NCBI RefSeq assembly: GCF_001677475.2
Contig: NZ_CP015229.1
Direction: 5' to 3' (one strand)
Length of the DNA stretch: 64,000 bases
Source of the DNA: Escherichia coli
GTDB lineage: Bacteria; Pseudomonadota; Gammaproteobacteria; Enterobacterales; Enterobacteriaceae
Shown: positions 23,664-33,971 of the stretch, one piece after another
How positions within the stretch are numbered: the first letter of the stretch is position 1
Layout of the letters: the number at the start of each line of letters is the position of its first letter
Made by a program: the position numbers and the translations under genes
The notes under the pieces: model-generated
Told to the model about the DNA's origin: nothing
Databases searched by the model: none
Seen by the model: only the letters and a program-made list of their open reading frames with translations

Positions 23664-24902
23664 TTACTCACTGGAAACCAGTCGTGGCGTGATAAACACC
23701 ACTAACTCGCGTCGTTCATCTTCTTTTCCGTCATGACGAAATAATTGCCCGAACCAGGGAATGTCGCCAAGCAACGGTACGCTATCCTGACCCGATTTAT
23801 TTTTACGGGTAAAAATGCCGCCCAGCGCCAACGTTTCTCCGCTTTTGACCTCGACCTGCGTTTCGATCTCCTGCTTATCAATCGCCAGCACTTCCCCATC
23901 AGCCTGCTGTAGCACCTGCCCCGGAACGTTCTGGCTGATGTGTAATTTCAGCCGGATGCGACCTTTATGTAACACCGTGGGCGTGACCTCCATCCCCAGG
24001 ACGGCCTCTTTAAATTCCACCGACGTCGCGCCACTTTCCCCGCTGGAAACCTGATATGGAATTTCGCTCCCCTGTTTAATGCTGGCAGGCTGAAGATGTG
24101 AGGCCAGCAGACGCGGACTGGCGATAATATCCAGCTGCTGTTTTTGTTCGAGCGCGGAAAGCTCAAGATCCAGCAAACGTCCGTTGATGCGTCCAATGTT
24201 AAAACCGACATGCGTTGTCGCCGTCGCTACGGAGAGGTCACTGCCAAGCGTGGTGACTTGCCCAACGCCACCAGCGTGTTGCGCATCAGCCAACGTCCAT
24301 TTCACGCCTAACTCACGCAAACTTTTTTCATTAATGGTGACAATATGCGCCGACAGCTCAACCTGCCCGACCGGCAGATCCATTTGCGCTACCCACTGTT
24401 CAAGCGCGCTTAACGCCGTTTTGTTATCTCGCAGCAAAAGGCGATTGGTGCGTTTATCGACGGTCATACTCCCTTTGGCACTCAGTAGCTTCTCCCCCGC
24501 TTTCGCCAGTTCTCCCGCGTCGGCGTATTGCAGGGTTATACTGCGATTTTCCAGCGGCAGATTTGCCTGCGCCCGCGCCTGCTCCGCCTCCTGACGGGCG
24601 ATATTGTCATTCTGCCAGGCAACGGAATGCACCGAGAGAATGTTGCCCTCCTGACGCGTTATCAGTCCGGCGCTTTTCACTACAGTTTGTAGTGCTTGCT
24701 TCCAGGGAACATCTGTTAGATGTAACGACACCGTACCGCTGACGTCTGGCGATACGACCAGGTTCAACTTCTCCTGTTCAGCCAGCGCCTGCAACACCTG
24801 AGCTACCGGAACGTCATCCACCATCAGCGTCACTTTTTGCGGCTTTGCCGCCTGTACGCCGGGTATCAGCATCAACAGTAGTGCGGCTATCCATTGCTTC
24901 AT
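23664..24902 (-). CDS. hofQ: Secretin-family outer-membrane protein (PilQ/ComE homologue) for DNA uptake
   Basis: 412-aa ORF with signal peptide; last gene of hofMNOPQ. Confidence 0.85.
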   Translation of the reverse strand: MKQWIAALLLMLIPGVQAAKPQKVTLMVDDVPVAQVLQALAEQEKLNLVVSPDVSGTVSLHLTDVPWKQALQTVVKSAGLITRQEGNILSVHSVAWQNDNIARQEAEQARAQANLPLENRSITLQYADAGELAKAGEKLLSAKGSMTVDKRTNRLLLRDNKTALSALEQWVAQMDLPVGQVELSAHIVTINEKSLRELGVKWTLADAQHAGGVGQVTTLGSDLSVATATTHVGFNIGRINGRLLDLELSALEQKQQLDIIASPRLLASHLQPASIKQGSEIPYQVSSGESGATSVEFKEAVLGMEVTPTVLHKGRIRLKLHISQNVPGQVLQQADGEVLAIDKQEIETQVEVKSGETLALGGIFTRKNKSGQDSVPLLGDIPWFGQLFRHDGKEDERRELVVFITPRLVSSE

Positions 24903-25218
24903 TTGTATCTCCTTGCCGTTGCCACAACCAGTGTGGCGGTTCGCAGTTTGTCCCGGTTCCCAGCGTTAGTGCGTCTGGCGTCAGCTGTAAGATCGTCCAG
25001 CCGTTTTCCAGCACATCGTTTTGCTGCACCCGTCGCCATTTTTTTTGCCCATCTTTTATTACACCGATGATGCGCTCGCCTCGCCCTACCATCCCCTGAT
25101 AGCGCCACTGGCTAAGTTCGCTAATCCGGCATAGATCTTCCGGCGGTTTAAAAGGGTCACGCATACCGGTTAAAAGGCACAATGCAATACCTGCCAACAA
25201 CCAGCGTTTAACCCTCAT
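24814..25218 (-). CDS. hofP: PilP-like DNA-utilisation protein
   Basis: Track ORF 24814-25257; start trimmed to MRVKRWLLAGIALCLL (134 aa); overlaps hofQ. Confidence 0.7.
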   Translation of the reverse strand: MRVKRWLLAGIALCLLTGMRDPFKPPEDLCRISELSQWRYQGMVGRGERIIGVIKDGQKKWRRVQQNDVLENGWTILQLTPDALTLGTGTNCEPPHWLWQRQGDTNEAMDSRTTVDADTRRTGGKAAKSDADGG

Positions 25219-25648
25219 GCGGCGTCTCCAGTTGTAGCGTGAACAAAAGGTCATCACCTTCCACGCTTAACGAAAAACGGCTCACTCTGACGTTGCGCTC
25301 TGCCAGCCGTGTAAATGCCAACGGCACTGCTTCCCACAGCGTTTTCAACGCCAACTCGCCTCCCTGCGCGGATGGATGCCAGTAAACCAGTTGTGCGTCG
25401 GGCAACTGAAAATCCAGTGGCGAAAAGAGCAGCGTTTTTTCCTCGCTGAAGGGGGTGGAGTCAACCAGGCGATACAGTGCGGCCCACTGCTGGTGATGAC
25501 TTGCCCGTAGTCGAATTAATGCGTCGCTCTCTTCCTGGTGTGTCGATGACAGAAAAATGAGCGTAACTAACATCAGCAACCAGACTGCCCAGCAAAGCTG
25601 GCGGAGGCGGGGTGATGTGGCGAACCACCAGTCAAAGAGCATGTCCAT
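25208..25648 (-). CDS. hofO: PilO-like DNA-utilisation protein
   Basis: 146-aa ORF; overlaps hofP and hofN. Confidence 0.7.
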   Translation of the reverse strand: MDMLFDWWFATSPRLRQLCWAVWLLMLVTLIFLSSTHQEESDALIRLRASHHQQWAALYRLVDSTPFSEEKTLLFSPLDFQLPDAQLVYWHPSAQGGELALKTLWEAVPLAFTRLAERNVRVSRFSLSVEGDDLLFTLQLETPHEG

Positions 25649-26171
25649 CGCTAACCTTCCTTGTTAACTGATACTCAAATTGCCAGCGTCCCTGCGCATC
25701 CTGCTGCGTGGCTCCCCTCTGATTGAGATGAAAAGATGCATCCTGGCGGAGTGACGTTTCTAGTGCGTTTAACGCGGTAATGCTTGTTGTCAGCCCCTTG
25801 ATCTCCAGCGTTCCCTGCTGCCAGCTTATCGTTGTCAGCCAGGCATGTTCGGGTAAAAGCGCCGCCAGTGCTTCCAGCGCAGATTGCCAGTCGCGGGTAA
25901 ATTCTCGCTGGCGCTGCCGTTGCAAACGCTGTTCGCGTAACTGCTGTTGCTCCAGCAAACGTGGTTTCGTTATCTGTAAGCTGTGGGCGAGTTGTTGTTC
26001 CGCCTGAAGCAAAACGGTGTTTACGCGTGCTTCGGCGTTGCTTGTCAGACGCAGTATTAGCGTTATCCCGACGGCCAGCAGCAGAGGTGCAACGAACATC
26101 AGCAACCAGAAACGAAGAAAAGCGGTCCGGCGTTGCTGTCGCCAGGGCAAAAAATTAATTGGCGGGTTCAT
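25632..26171 (-). CDS. hofN: PilN-like DNA-utilisation protein
   Basis: 179-aa ORF with N-terminal TM helix. Confidence 0.75.
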   Translation of the reverse strand: MNPPINFLPWRQQRRTAFLRFWLLMFVAPLLLAVGITLILRLTSNAEARVNTVLLQAEQQLAHSLQITKPRLLEQQQLREQRLQRQRQREFTRDWQSALEALAALLPEHAWLTTISWQQGTLEIKGLTTSITALNALETSLRQDASFHLNQRGATQQDAQGRWQFEYQLTRKVSDGHAL

Positions 26172-26950
26172 CAGTACGCCTTCCCAAGCGCCAGCCCCAG
26201 CGCGATGGCAAAGTCTCCACCTGGCGGCGGTAGCGGCGGCTGACGAACAGAAACGGCCTCCCAGGGGTCAAATCCGCCTTCGCCACATATCGCGACGCTT
26301 TCGGGATCAACGGATAACGCTGCCGCCAGCTCCTTCGCGCTAGTCATCCCCACCGCCAGTTTGCGCCCCCAGCGATAGCGCGTCGCCCACAGCCACTGTT
26401 CGTTATCACGCCAGGCCAGACATTGCTGATGAGAAGGCAAAAAAGGCAGGAATCGCTGTAATGCACTGGCATCCGGGGTGATCGCGCTAACATGAACGCG
26501 CAACCTTTCTGCCAGAGTAAGCAGCATTGCCAGCTCTTTGCTTTGCGCGGCAGTCACGTTATAAGCGGGGCTGAGTGAGTCTTCGCTGTAATCGAAGCGC
26601 AGGGAGTCCGGATCCATATCCAGCTCGCGGGCCATCGTCCCGGACAGCCAGGCCGTTTGCTCCCTCTCACCAAGGGACAACGACGGGCGCGGAAATGACC
26701 GCTGTAATGTGCGACTGGCGGGAAACGCCAACATAATATGATGACGCTGCGGCAGTTCGCGACTCCACGGTAACAACGTGTTAGCCAGCCGCTGCACATC
26801 GACAATCCGCCCATCTTTGATAATGTCGTTCTCCAGTGGCAACCGCCACCAGCGTTGCAATAAGCATTCTTTTGCGCCCCGCACGATAGCAACCGCTACC
26901 GCTTCTTGCTGTTGTAAATGCAAACCAATTTGCCAGATCTTAAATGCCAT
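26171..26950 (-). CDS. hofM: PilM-like DNA-utilisation protein
   Basis: Track ORF 26171-26977; start trimmed to MAFKIWQIGLHLQQQ (259 aa); divergent from mrcA. Confidence 0.8.
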   Translation of the reverse strand: MAFKIWQIGLHLQQQEAVAVAIVRGAKECLLQRWWRLPLENDIIKDGRIVDVQRLANTLLPWSRELPQRHHIMLAFPASRTLQRSFPRPSLSLGEREQTAWLSGTMARELDMDPDSLRFDYSEDSLSPAYNVTAAQSKELAMLLTLAERLRVHVSAITPDASALQRFLPFLPSHQQCLAWRDNEQWLWATRYRWGRKLAVGMTSAKELAAALSVDPESVAICGEGGFDPWEAVSVRQPPLPPPGGDFAIALGLALGKAY

Positions 26951-27069
26951 TGTGATGATCTCCTTATCACCCGTCACTCTGACGGGTATATCAATGCGTC
27001 TGGCTTGCCTTTATACTACCGCGCGTTTGTTTATAAACTGCCCAAATGAAACTAAATGGGAAATTTCCA

Positions 27070-29622
27070 GTGAAGTTCGTAAAGTATTTTTTGATCCTTG
27101 CAGTCTGTTGCATTCTGCTGGGAGCAGGCTCGATTTATGGCCTATACCGCTACATCGAGCCACAACTGCCGGATGTGGCGACATTAAAAGATGTTCGCCT
27201 GCAAATTCCGATGCAGATTTACAGCGCCGATGGCGAGCTGATTGCTCAATACGGTGAGAAACGTCGTATTCCGGTTACGTTGGATCAAATCCCACCGGAG
27301 ATGGTGAAAGCCTTTATCGCGACGGAAGACAGCCGCTTCTACGAGCATCACGGCGTTGACCCGGTGGGGATCTTCCGTGCAGCAAGCGTGGCGCTGTTCT
27401 CCGGCCATGCGTCACAAGGGGCGAGTACCATTACCCAGCAGCTGGCGAGAAACTTCTTCCTCAGTCCAGAACGCACACTGATGCGTAAGATTAAGGAAGT
27501 CTTCCTCGCGATTCGCATTGAACAGTTGCTGACGAAAGACGAGATCCTCGAGCTTTATCTGAACAAGATTTACCTCGGTTACCGCGCCTATGGTGTTGGT
27601 GCTGCGGCACAAGTCTATTTCGGTAAAACGGTCGACCAACTGACGCTGAACGAAATGGCGGTGATAGCCGGGCTGCCGAAAGCGCCTTCCACCTTCAACC
27701 CGCTCTACTCGATGGATCGTGCCGTCGCGCGGCGTAACGTCGTGCTGTCGCGGATGCTGGATGAAGGGTATATCACCCAACAACAGTTCGATCAGACACG
27801 CACTGAGGCGATTAACGCTAACTATCACGCGCCGGAGATTGCTTTCTCTGCGCCGTACCTGAGCGAAATGGTGCGCCAGGAGATGTATAACCGTTATGGC
27901 GAAAGTGCCTATGAAGACGGTTATCGCATTTACACCACCATCACCCGCAAAGTGCAGCAGGCCGCACAGCAGGCGGTACGTAATAACGTGCTGGACTACG
28001 ACATGCGCCACGGCTATCGCGGCCCGGCAAATGTGCTGTGGAAAGTGGGCGAGTCGGCGTGGGATAACAACAAGATTACCGATACGCTGAAGGCGCTGCC
28101 GACTTATGGTCCGCTGCTGCCTGCCGCAGTCACCAGCGCCAATCCTCAGCAAGCGACGGCGATGCTGGCGGACGGGTCGACCGTCGCATTGAGCATGGAA
28201 GGCGTTCGCTGGGCGCGTCCTTACCGTTCGGATACTCAGCAGGGACCGACACCGCGTAAAGTGACCGATGTTCTGCAAACGGGTCAGCAAATCTGGGTTC
28301 GTCAGGTTGGCGATACATGGTGGCTGGCACAAGTGCCGGAAGTGAACTCGGCGCTGGTGTCGATCAATCCGCAAAATGGTGCCGTTATGGCGCTGGTCGG
28401 TGGCTTTGATTTCAATCAGAGCAAGTTTAACCGCGCCACCCAGGCACTGCGTCAGGTGGGTTCCAACATCAAACCGTTCCTCTATACCGCGGCGATGGAT
28501 AAAGGTCTGACGCTGGCAAGTATGTTGAACGATGTGCCAATTTCCCGCTGGGATGCAGGTGCCGGTTCTGACTGGCAGCCGAAAAACTCGCCGCCACAAT
28601 ATGCTGGTCCAATTCGCTTACGTCAGGGGCTAGGTCAGTCGAAAAACGTGGTGATGGTACGCGCAATGCGGGCGATGGGCGTCGACTACGCTGCAGAATA
28701 TCTGCAACGCTTCGGCTTCCCGGCACAAAACATTGTCCACACCGAATCGCTGGCGCTGGGTTCAGCGTCCTTCACTCCAATGCAGGTGGCGCGCGGCTAC
28801 GCGGTCATGGCGAACGGCGGCTTCCTGGTGGACCCGTGGTTTATCAGCAAAATTGAAAACGATCAGGGCGGCGTGATTTTCGAAGCGAAACCGAAAGTAG
28901 CCTGCCCGGAATGCGATATTCCGGTGATTTACGGTGATACGCAGAAATCGAACGTGCTGGAAAATAACGATGTTGAAGATGTCGCTATCTCCCGCGAGCA
29001 GCAGAATGTTTCTGTACCAATGCCGCAGCTGGAGCAGGCAAATCAGGCGTTAGTGGCGAAGACTGGCGCGCAGGAGTACGCACCGCACGTCATCAACACT
29101 CCGCTGGCATTCCTGATTAAGAGTGCTTTGAACACCAATATCTTTGGTGAGCCAGGCTGGCAGGGTACCGGCTGGCGTGCAGGTCGTGATTTGCAGCGTC
29201 GCGATATCGGCGGGAAAACCGGTACCACTAACAGTTCGAAAGATGCGTGGTTCTCGGGTTACGGTCCGGGCGTTGTGACCTCGGTCTGGATTGGCTTTGA
29301 TGATCACCGTCGTAATCTCGGTCATACAACGGCTTCCGGAGCAATTAAAGATCAGATCTCAGGTTACGAAGGCGGTGCCAAGAGTGCCCAGCCTGCATGG
29401 GACGCTTATATGAAAGCCGTTCTTGAAGGTGTGCCGGAGCAGCCGTTGACGCCGCCACCGGGTATTGTGACGGTGAATATCGATCGCAGCACCGGGCAGT
29501 TAGCTAATGGTGGCAACAGCCGCGAAGAGTATTTCATCGAAGGTACGCAGCCGACACAACAGGCGGTGCACGAGGTGGGAACGACCATTATCGATAATGG
29601 CGAGGCACAGGAATTGTTCTGA
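27070..29622 (+). CDS. mrcA: Penicillin-binding protein 1A (bifunctional glycosyltransferase/transpeptidase)
   Basis: Track ORF 27046-29622; GTG start giving MKFVKYFLILAV (850 aa); transglycosylase and SxxK transpeptidase regions recognisable. Confidence 0.9.
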   Translation: MKFVKYFLILAVCCILLGAGSIYGLYRYIEPQLPDVATLKDVRLQIPMQIYSADGELIAQYGEKRRIPVTLDQIPPEMVKAFIATEDSRFYEHHGVDPVGIFRAASVALFSGHASQGASTITQQLARNFFLSPERTLMRKIKEVFLAIRIEQLLTKDEILELYLNKIYLGYRAYGVGAAAQVYFGKTVDQLTLNEMAVIAGLPKAPSTFNPLYSMDRAVARRNVVLSRMLDEGYITQQQFDQTRTEAINANYHAPEIAFSAPYLSEMVRQEMYNRYGESAYEDGYRIYTTITRKVQQAAQQAVRNNVLDYDMRHGYRGPANVLWKVGESAWDNNKITDTLKALPTYGPLLPAAVTSANPQQATAMLADGSTVALSMEGVRWARPYRSDTQQGPTPRKVTDVLQTGQQIWVRQVGDTWWLAQVPEVNSALVSINPQNGAVMALVGGFDFNQSKFNRATQALRQVGSNIKPFLYTAAMDKGLTLASMLNDVPISRWDAGAGSDWQPKNSPPQYAGPIRLRQGLGQSKNVVMVRAMRAMGVDYAAEYLQRFGFPAQNIVHTESLALGSASFTPMQVARGYAVMANGGFLVDPWFISKIENDQGGVIFEAKPKVACPECDIPVIYGDTQKSNVLENNDVEDVAISREQQNVSVPMPQLEQANQALVAKTGAQEYAPHVINTPLAFLIKSALNTNIFGEPGWQGTGWRAGRDLQRRDIGGKTGTTNSSKDAWFSGYGPGVVTSVWIGFDDHRRNLGHTTASGAIKDQISGYEGGAKSAQPAWDAYMKAVLEGVPEQPLTPPPGIVTVNIDRSTGQLANGGNSREEYFIEGTQPTQQAVHEVGTTIIDNGEAQELF

Positions 29623-29625
29623 TTA

Positions 29626-29648
29626 AAAAGGCGCTTCGGCGCCTTTTC
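29626..29648 (+). terminator. Intrinsic terminator downstream of mrcA
   Basis: aaaaa-ggcgc-ttcg-gcgcc-tttt hairpin 4 nt after the TGA stop. Confidence 0.7.
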
Positions 29649-29677
29649 AGTTTACTGACAAAGCGCACTTGTTTATG

Positions 29678-29773
29678 CCGGATACGGGTGAACGCGTTAT
29701 CCGGCTAACAAAATCGTGAAAATTCAATATATTGCAGGAACCCCATAAGCCTGATAAGCGTTGTGCATCAGGC
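29678..29773. repeat. Two REP-like palindromic units between mrcA and nudE
   Basis: gccggatacgggtgaacgcgttatccggc (29678-29706) and gcctgataagcgttgtgcatcaggc (29749-29773). Confidence 0.5.
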
Positions 29774-29786
29774 AAACTTCACGCAT

Positions 29787-30347
29787 TTACACTCGCCCCT
29801 GCCCTTTCAACCATTCGCGCACGAGGAAAAGCGCACTGACATTGCGCGCTTCATTGAAATCAGGGTCTTCCAGCAAATCCATCATATGAGCCAGCGGCCA
29901 GCGCACCTGTGGTAGCGGCTCTGGCTCATCGCCTTCCAGCGATTCCGGGTAGAGATCTTGCGCTACCACGATATTCATTTTGCTGGAAAAGTAAGACGGT
30001 GCCATGCTGAGCTTCTTCAAAAAAGTCAGATCGTTCGCACCAAATCCAACCTCTTCTTTTAGCTCGCGGTTAGCGGCTTCGTAGACGCTTTCACCCGGAT
30101 CAATTAATCCTTTCGAAAAACCTAATTCGTAGGATTCAGTTCCCACTGCGTATTCGCGGATCAGGATCAGGTGATCGTCCACAATCGGTACAATCATCAC
30201 TGCTTCCCGGTTGGTTGGACGCATTCGTTCATAAACACGCCGCACGCCATTGCTGAACTCCAGATCCACACTTTCGACGGTAAATAGTCGGGAACGGGCT
30301 ACAGTTTCAACATTCAGAATGGTGGGTTTTTGTAATGATTTGCTCAT
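29787..30347 (-). CDS. nudE: ADP compounds hydrolase (Nudix)
   Basis: 186-aa ORF; Nudix box GESVYEAANRELKEEVG. Confidence 0.85.
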   Translation of the reverse strand: MSKSLQKPTILNVETVARSRLFTVESVDLEFSNGVRRVYERMRPTNREAVMIVPIVDDHLILIREYAVGTESYELGFSKGLIDPGESVYEAANRELKEEVGFGANDLTFLKKLSMAPSYFSSKMNIVVAQDLYPESLEGDEPEPLPQVRWPLAHMMDLLEDPDFNEARNVSALFLVREWLKGQGRV

Positions 30348-30666
30348 CGTGGGATCTATGCTGTGAAATCAGCGGTTATTGTGCGATATCGGACACGCTT
30401 TCGGCAATGTGAATTGCATGTTATTTACATTTATGTAACTTAATAAATAATCGTCCTCAAATCAAATTAAAAGTCAATAGGTTGAAATAACTCCAGGAAT
30501 TTGCTGATATTCCGCCTTCAGAGGGTTTGCTATGATCAGCGGTTACTGTGATGTGCTTAATGATGCTCAAGTTAAACTCCACGCTTGCCGATAGCCAACC
30601 GCAGAATCATGTATTGTGTCCGGTGCGACTGACCACGCCTGACAGACTAAGTAAGATGGGGAAAGC

Positions 30667-32802
30667 ATGAGCACCATTGTAATTTTTTTAGCTGCTTTGC
30701 TGGCCTGCTCACTACTTGCGGGATGGCTGATAAAAGTGCGATCCAGACGGCGTCAGCTGCCCTGGACCAACGCCTTCGCGGATGCGCAAACGCGTAAACT
30801 CACACCTGAAGAACGTAGCGCCGTTGAAAATTATCTTGAGAGCCTGACGCAGGTATTACAGGTGCCTGGCCCAACGGGAGCCAGCGCGGCACCGATCTCT
30901 CTGGCGCTGAATGCCGAAAGCAACAACGTCATGATGCTGACACACGCTATCACGCGTTACGGCATCTCTACCGACGATCCGAATAAATGGCGTTACTACC
31001 TCGATTCGGTAGAAGTCCACCTGCCCCCTTTCTGGGAGCAGTACATCAACGATGAGAATACTGTTGAACTGATTCATACCGATTCGCTGCCGCTGGTTAT
31101 TTCACTCAACGGTCATACGCTGCAGGAGTACATGCAGGAAACGCGCGGCTATGCCTTGCAACCTGTTCCGTCAACGCAGGCGTCGATTCACGGGGAAGAG
31201 AGTGAGCAAATCGAGCTACTCAATATTCGCAAAGAAACGCACGAAGAGTATGCGCTGAGTCGTCCGCGCGGGCTGCGTGAAGCATTGCTGATCGTCGCCT
31301 CCTTCCTGATGTTCTTTTTCTGCCTGATTACCCCGGATGTCTTTGTTCCGTGGCTGGCAGGCGGCGCATTACTGCTGCTGGGCGCAGGTCTGTGGGGGCT
31401 ATTCGCGCCACCGGCAAAATCCTCCCTGCGGGAAATTCATTGTCTGCGCGGTACACCCCGTCGTTGGGGATTGTTTGGCGAAAACGATCAGGAACAGATC
31501 AACAATATTTCACTCGGTATTATCGACCTGGTCTATCCCGCACACTGGCAGCCATACATTGCTCAGGATCTCGGTCAACAAACCGATATTGATATCTATC
31601 TCGACCGCCACGTAGTGCGTCAGGGGCGATATCTTTCGCTGCATGATGAAGTAAAAAACTTTCCGTTACAGCACTGGCTGCGCAGTACGATTATCGCTGC
31701 GGGCTCGCTGCTGGTGCTGTTTATGCTGTTATTCTGGATCCCGCTGGATATGCCGCTGAAATTCACCCTCTCGTGGATGAAAGGCGCGCAGACCATTGAA
31801 GCCACCAGCGTAAAACAACTGGCTGACGCTGGCGTGCGGGTAGGCGATACATTGCGTATTAGCGGTACGGGAATGTGCAATATTCGCACTTCCGGAACCT
31901 GGAGCGCGAAAACCAATTCACCTTTTTTACCGTTTGACTGCTCGCAGATCATCTGGAATGACGCCCGCTCATTGCCATTACCAGAATCTGAGCTGGTCAA
32001 CAAAGCGACGGCATTGACTGAAGCAGTTAATCGCCAGCTGCACCCTAAACCGGAAGATGAATCTCGCGTCAGTGCCTCATTACGTTCAGCAATTCAAAAA
32101 TCCGGCATGGTATTGCTTGATGATTTTGGCGACATTGTACTGAAGACAGCGGATTTATGTTCTGCCAAAGATGACTGTGTGCGACTGAAAAATGCGCTGG
32201 TCAATCTCGGCAACAGTAAAGACTGGGACGCGCTGGTAAAACGCGCCAACGCCGGGAAGCTCGATGGCGTGAATGTGTTATTACGCCCGGTGAGTGCGGA
32301 ATCGCTGGATAACCTGGTGGCAACCTCCACCGCGCCGTTTATCACGCATGAAACGGCGCGAGCGGCACAATCACTAAACAGTCCGGCCCCCGGCGGATTC
32401 CTGATTGTCAGCGACGAAGGCAGCGATTTTGTTGATCAGCCCTGGCCTTCGGCATCACTTTACGACTACCCGCCGCAAGAACAGTGGAACGCTTTCCAGA
32501 AACTGGCACAAATGCTGATGCATACGCCGTTTAACGCCGAGGGTATCGTCACAAAAATCTTCACTGACGCCAATGGTACGCAGCATATAGGCCTTCATCC
32601 GATCCCGGATCGTTCCGGCCTGTGGCGCTATCTCAGCACCACTCTGCTGCTACTGACGATGCTGAGTAGCGCCATTTATAATGGCGTACAGGCCTGGCGG
32701 CGTTACCAGCGTCATCGCACTCGCATGATGAAGATTCAGGCCTATTATGAAAGCTGCCTGAACCCGCAACTGATCACACCTTCAGAAAGCCTTATCGAAT
32801 AA
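30667..32802 (+). CDS. igaA: Inner-membrane regulator of the Rcs phosphorelay
   Basis: 711-aa ORF with multiple TM segments; recognised as IgaA/YrfF. Confidence 0.85.
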   Translation: MSTIVIFLAALLACSLLAGWLIKVRSRRRQLPWTNAFADAQTRKLTPEERSAVENYLESLTQVLQVPGPTGASAAPISLALNAESNNVMMLTHAITRYGISTDDPNKWRYYLDSVEVHLPPFWEQYINDENTVELIHTDSLPLVISLNGHTLQEYMQETRGYALQPVPSTQASIHGEESEQIELLNIRKETHEEYALSRPRGLREALLIVASFLMFFFCLITPDVFVPWLAGGALLLLGAGLWGLFAPPAKSSLREIHCLRGTPRRWGLFGENDQEQINNISLGIIDLVYPAHWQPYIAQDLGQQTDIDIYLDRHVVRQGRYLSLHDEVKNFPLQHWLRSTIIAAGSLLVLFMLLFWIPLDMPLKFTLSWMKGAQTIEATSVKQLADAGVRVGDTLRISGTGMCNIRTSGTWSAKTNSPFLPFDCSQIIWNDARSLPLPESELVNKATALTEAVNRQLHPKPEDESRVSASLRSAIQKSGMVLLDDFGDIVLKTADLCSAKDDCVRLKNALVNLGNSKDWDALVKRANAGKLDGVNVLLRPVSAESLDNLVATSTAPFITHETARAAQSLNSPAPGGFLIVSDEGSDFVDQPWPSASLYDYPPQEQWNAFQKLAQMLMHTPFNAEGIVTKIFTDANGTQHIGLHPIPDRSGLWRYLSTTLLLLTMLSSAIYNGVQAWRRYQRHRTRMMKIQAYYESCLNPQLITPSESLIE

Positions 32803-32866
32803 CACGTTTGCGCGGCAGGTTATGCTACCCTGTCGCGCAAATTGCTTCACTCTGGAGATTTCCCTC

Positions 32867-33535
32867 ATGCATATCAACATTGCCTGGCAGGACGTAGATA
32901 CCGTACTGCTGGATATGGACGGCACGTTGCTCGACCTCGCCTTCGATAACTATTTCTGGCAAAAGCTGGTACCTGAAACATGGGGCGCGAAAAACGGGGT
33001 TACGCCACAGGAAGCGATGGAATATATGCGCCAGCAATATCACGACGTACAGCATACGCTAAACTGGTACTGTCTTGATTACTGGAGTGAGCAACTGGGT
33101 CTGGATATCTGTGCGATGACCACCGAGATGGGACCGCGCGCCGTACTGCGTGAAGATACCATTCCGTTTCTTGAGGCACTGAAAGCCAGCGGTAAGCAGC
33201 GAATTTTGCTCACCAATGCGCATCCACACAACCTGGCGGTAAAACTTGAGCATACCGGTCTGGACGCACACCTTGATTTATTACTTTCCACCCACACATT
33301 TGGTTATCCGAAAGAGGATCAGCGGTTATGGCATGCGGTGGCCGAAGCTACGGGTCTGAAAGCTGAAAGAACGCTGTTTATTGATGACAGCGAAGCGATT
33401 CTCGATGCTGCCGCGCAATTTGGTATTCGTTACTGCCTCGGCGTGACTAATCCTGACTCCGGGATTGCCGAGAAACAGTATCAACGCCATCCGTCACTGA
33501 ATGACTACCGCCGCCTGATCCCCTCGCTAATGTGA
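32867..33535 (+). CDS. yrfG: HAD-family purine nucleotidase
   Basis: Track ORF 32822-33535; start trimmed to MHINIAWQDVDTVLLDMDGTL (222 aa); HAD motif DMDGTL. Confidence 0.8.
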   Translation: MHINIAWQDVDTVLLDMDGTLLDLAFDNYFWQKLVPETWGAKNGVTPQEAMEYMRQQYHDVQHTLNWYCLDYWSEQLGLDICAMTTEMGPRAVLREDTIPFLEALKASGKQRILLTNAHPHNLAVKLEHTGLDAHLDLLLSTHTFGYPKEDQRLWHAVAEATGLKAERTLFIDDSEAILDAAAQFGIRYCLGVTNPDSGIAEKQYQRHPSLNDYRRLIPSLM

Positions 33536-33545
33536 AGGAGACGCC

Positions 33546-33947
33546 ATGAAAGAAAAACCTGCTGTTGAGGTTCGACTGGATAAATGGCTATGGGCTGCCC
33601 GTTTTTATAAAACCCGCGCGCTGGCCCGTGAAATGATTGAAGGCGGTAAGGTGCATTACAACGGGCAGCGCAGCAAGCCGAGCAAAATCGTCGAGCTGAA
33701 TGCCACGCTCACTCTGCGCCAGGGAAATGACGAACGCACGGTGATTGTAAAGGCGATTACTGAACAGCGTCGCCCCGCCAGCGAGGCAGCCTTGCTGTAT
33801 GAAGAGACTGTGGAAAGTGTAGAGAAACGCGAAAAAATGGCGCTGGCACGTAAACTTAATGCCTTAACCATGCCGCATCCGGACCGACGCCCGGACAAAA
33901 AAGAGCGCCGCGACCTGTTACGATTTAAACACGGCGACAGTGAATAA
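33546..33947 (+). CDS. hslR: Heat-shock protein Hsp15 (ribosome-associated, S4-like RNA-binding)
   Basis: 133-aa basic ORF; recognised Hsp15. Confidence 0.9.
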   Translation: MKEKPAVEVRLDKWLWAARFYKTRALAREMIEGGKVHYNGQRSKPSKIVELNATLTLRQGNDERTVIVKAITEQRRPASEAALLYEETVESVEKREKMALARKLNALTMPHPDRRPDKKERRDLLRFKHGDSE

Positions 33948-33971
33948 CTGTCACCTGTAAGAGAGATGATT

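Noticed and set aside
27412-28599. 395-aa minus-strand ORF
   Set aside because: Antisense to mrcA, which is confidently coding on the plus strand; shadow ORF.
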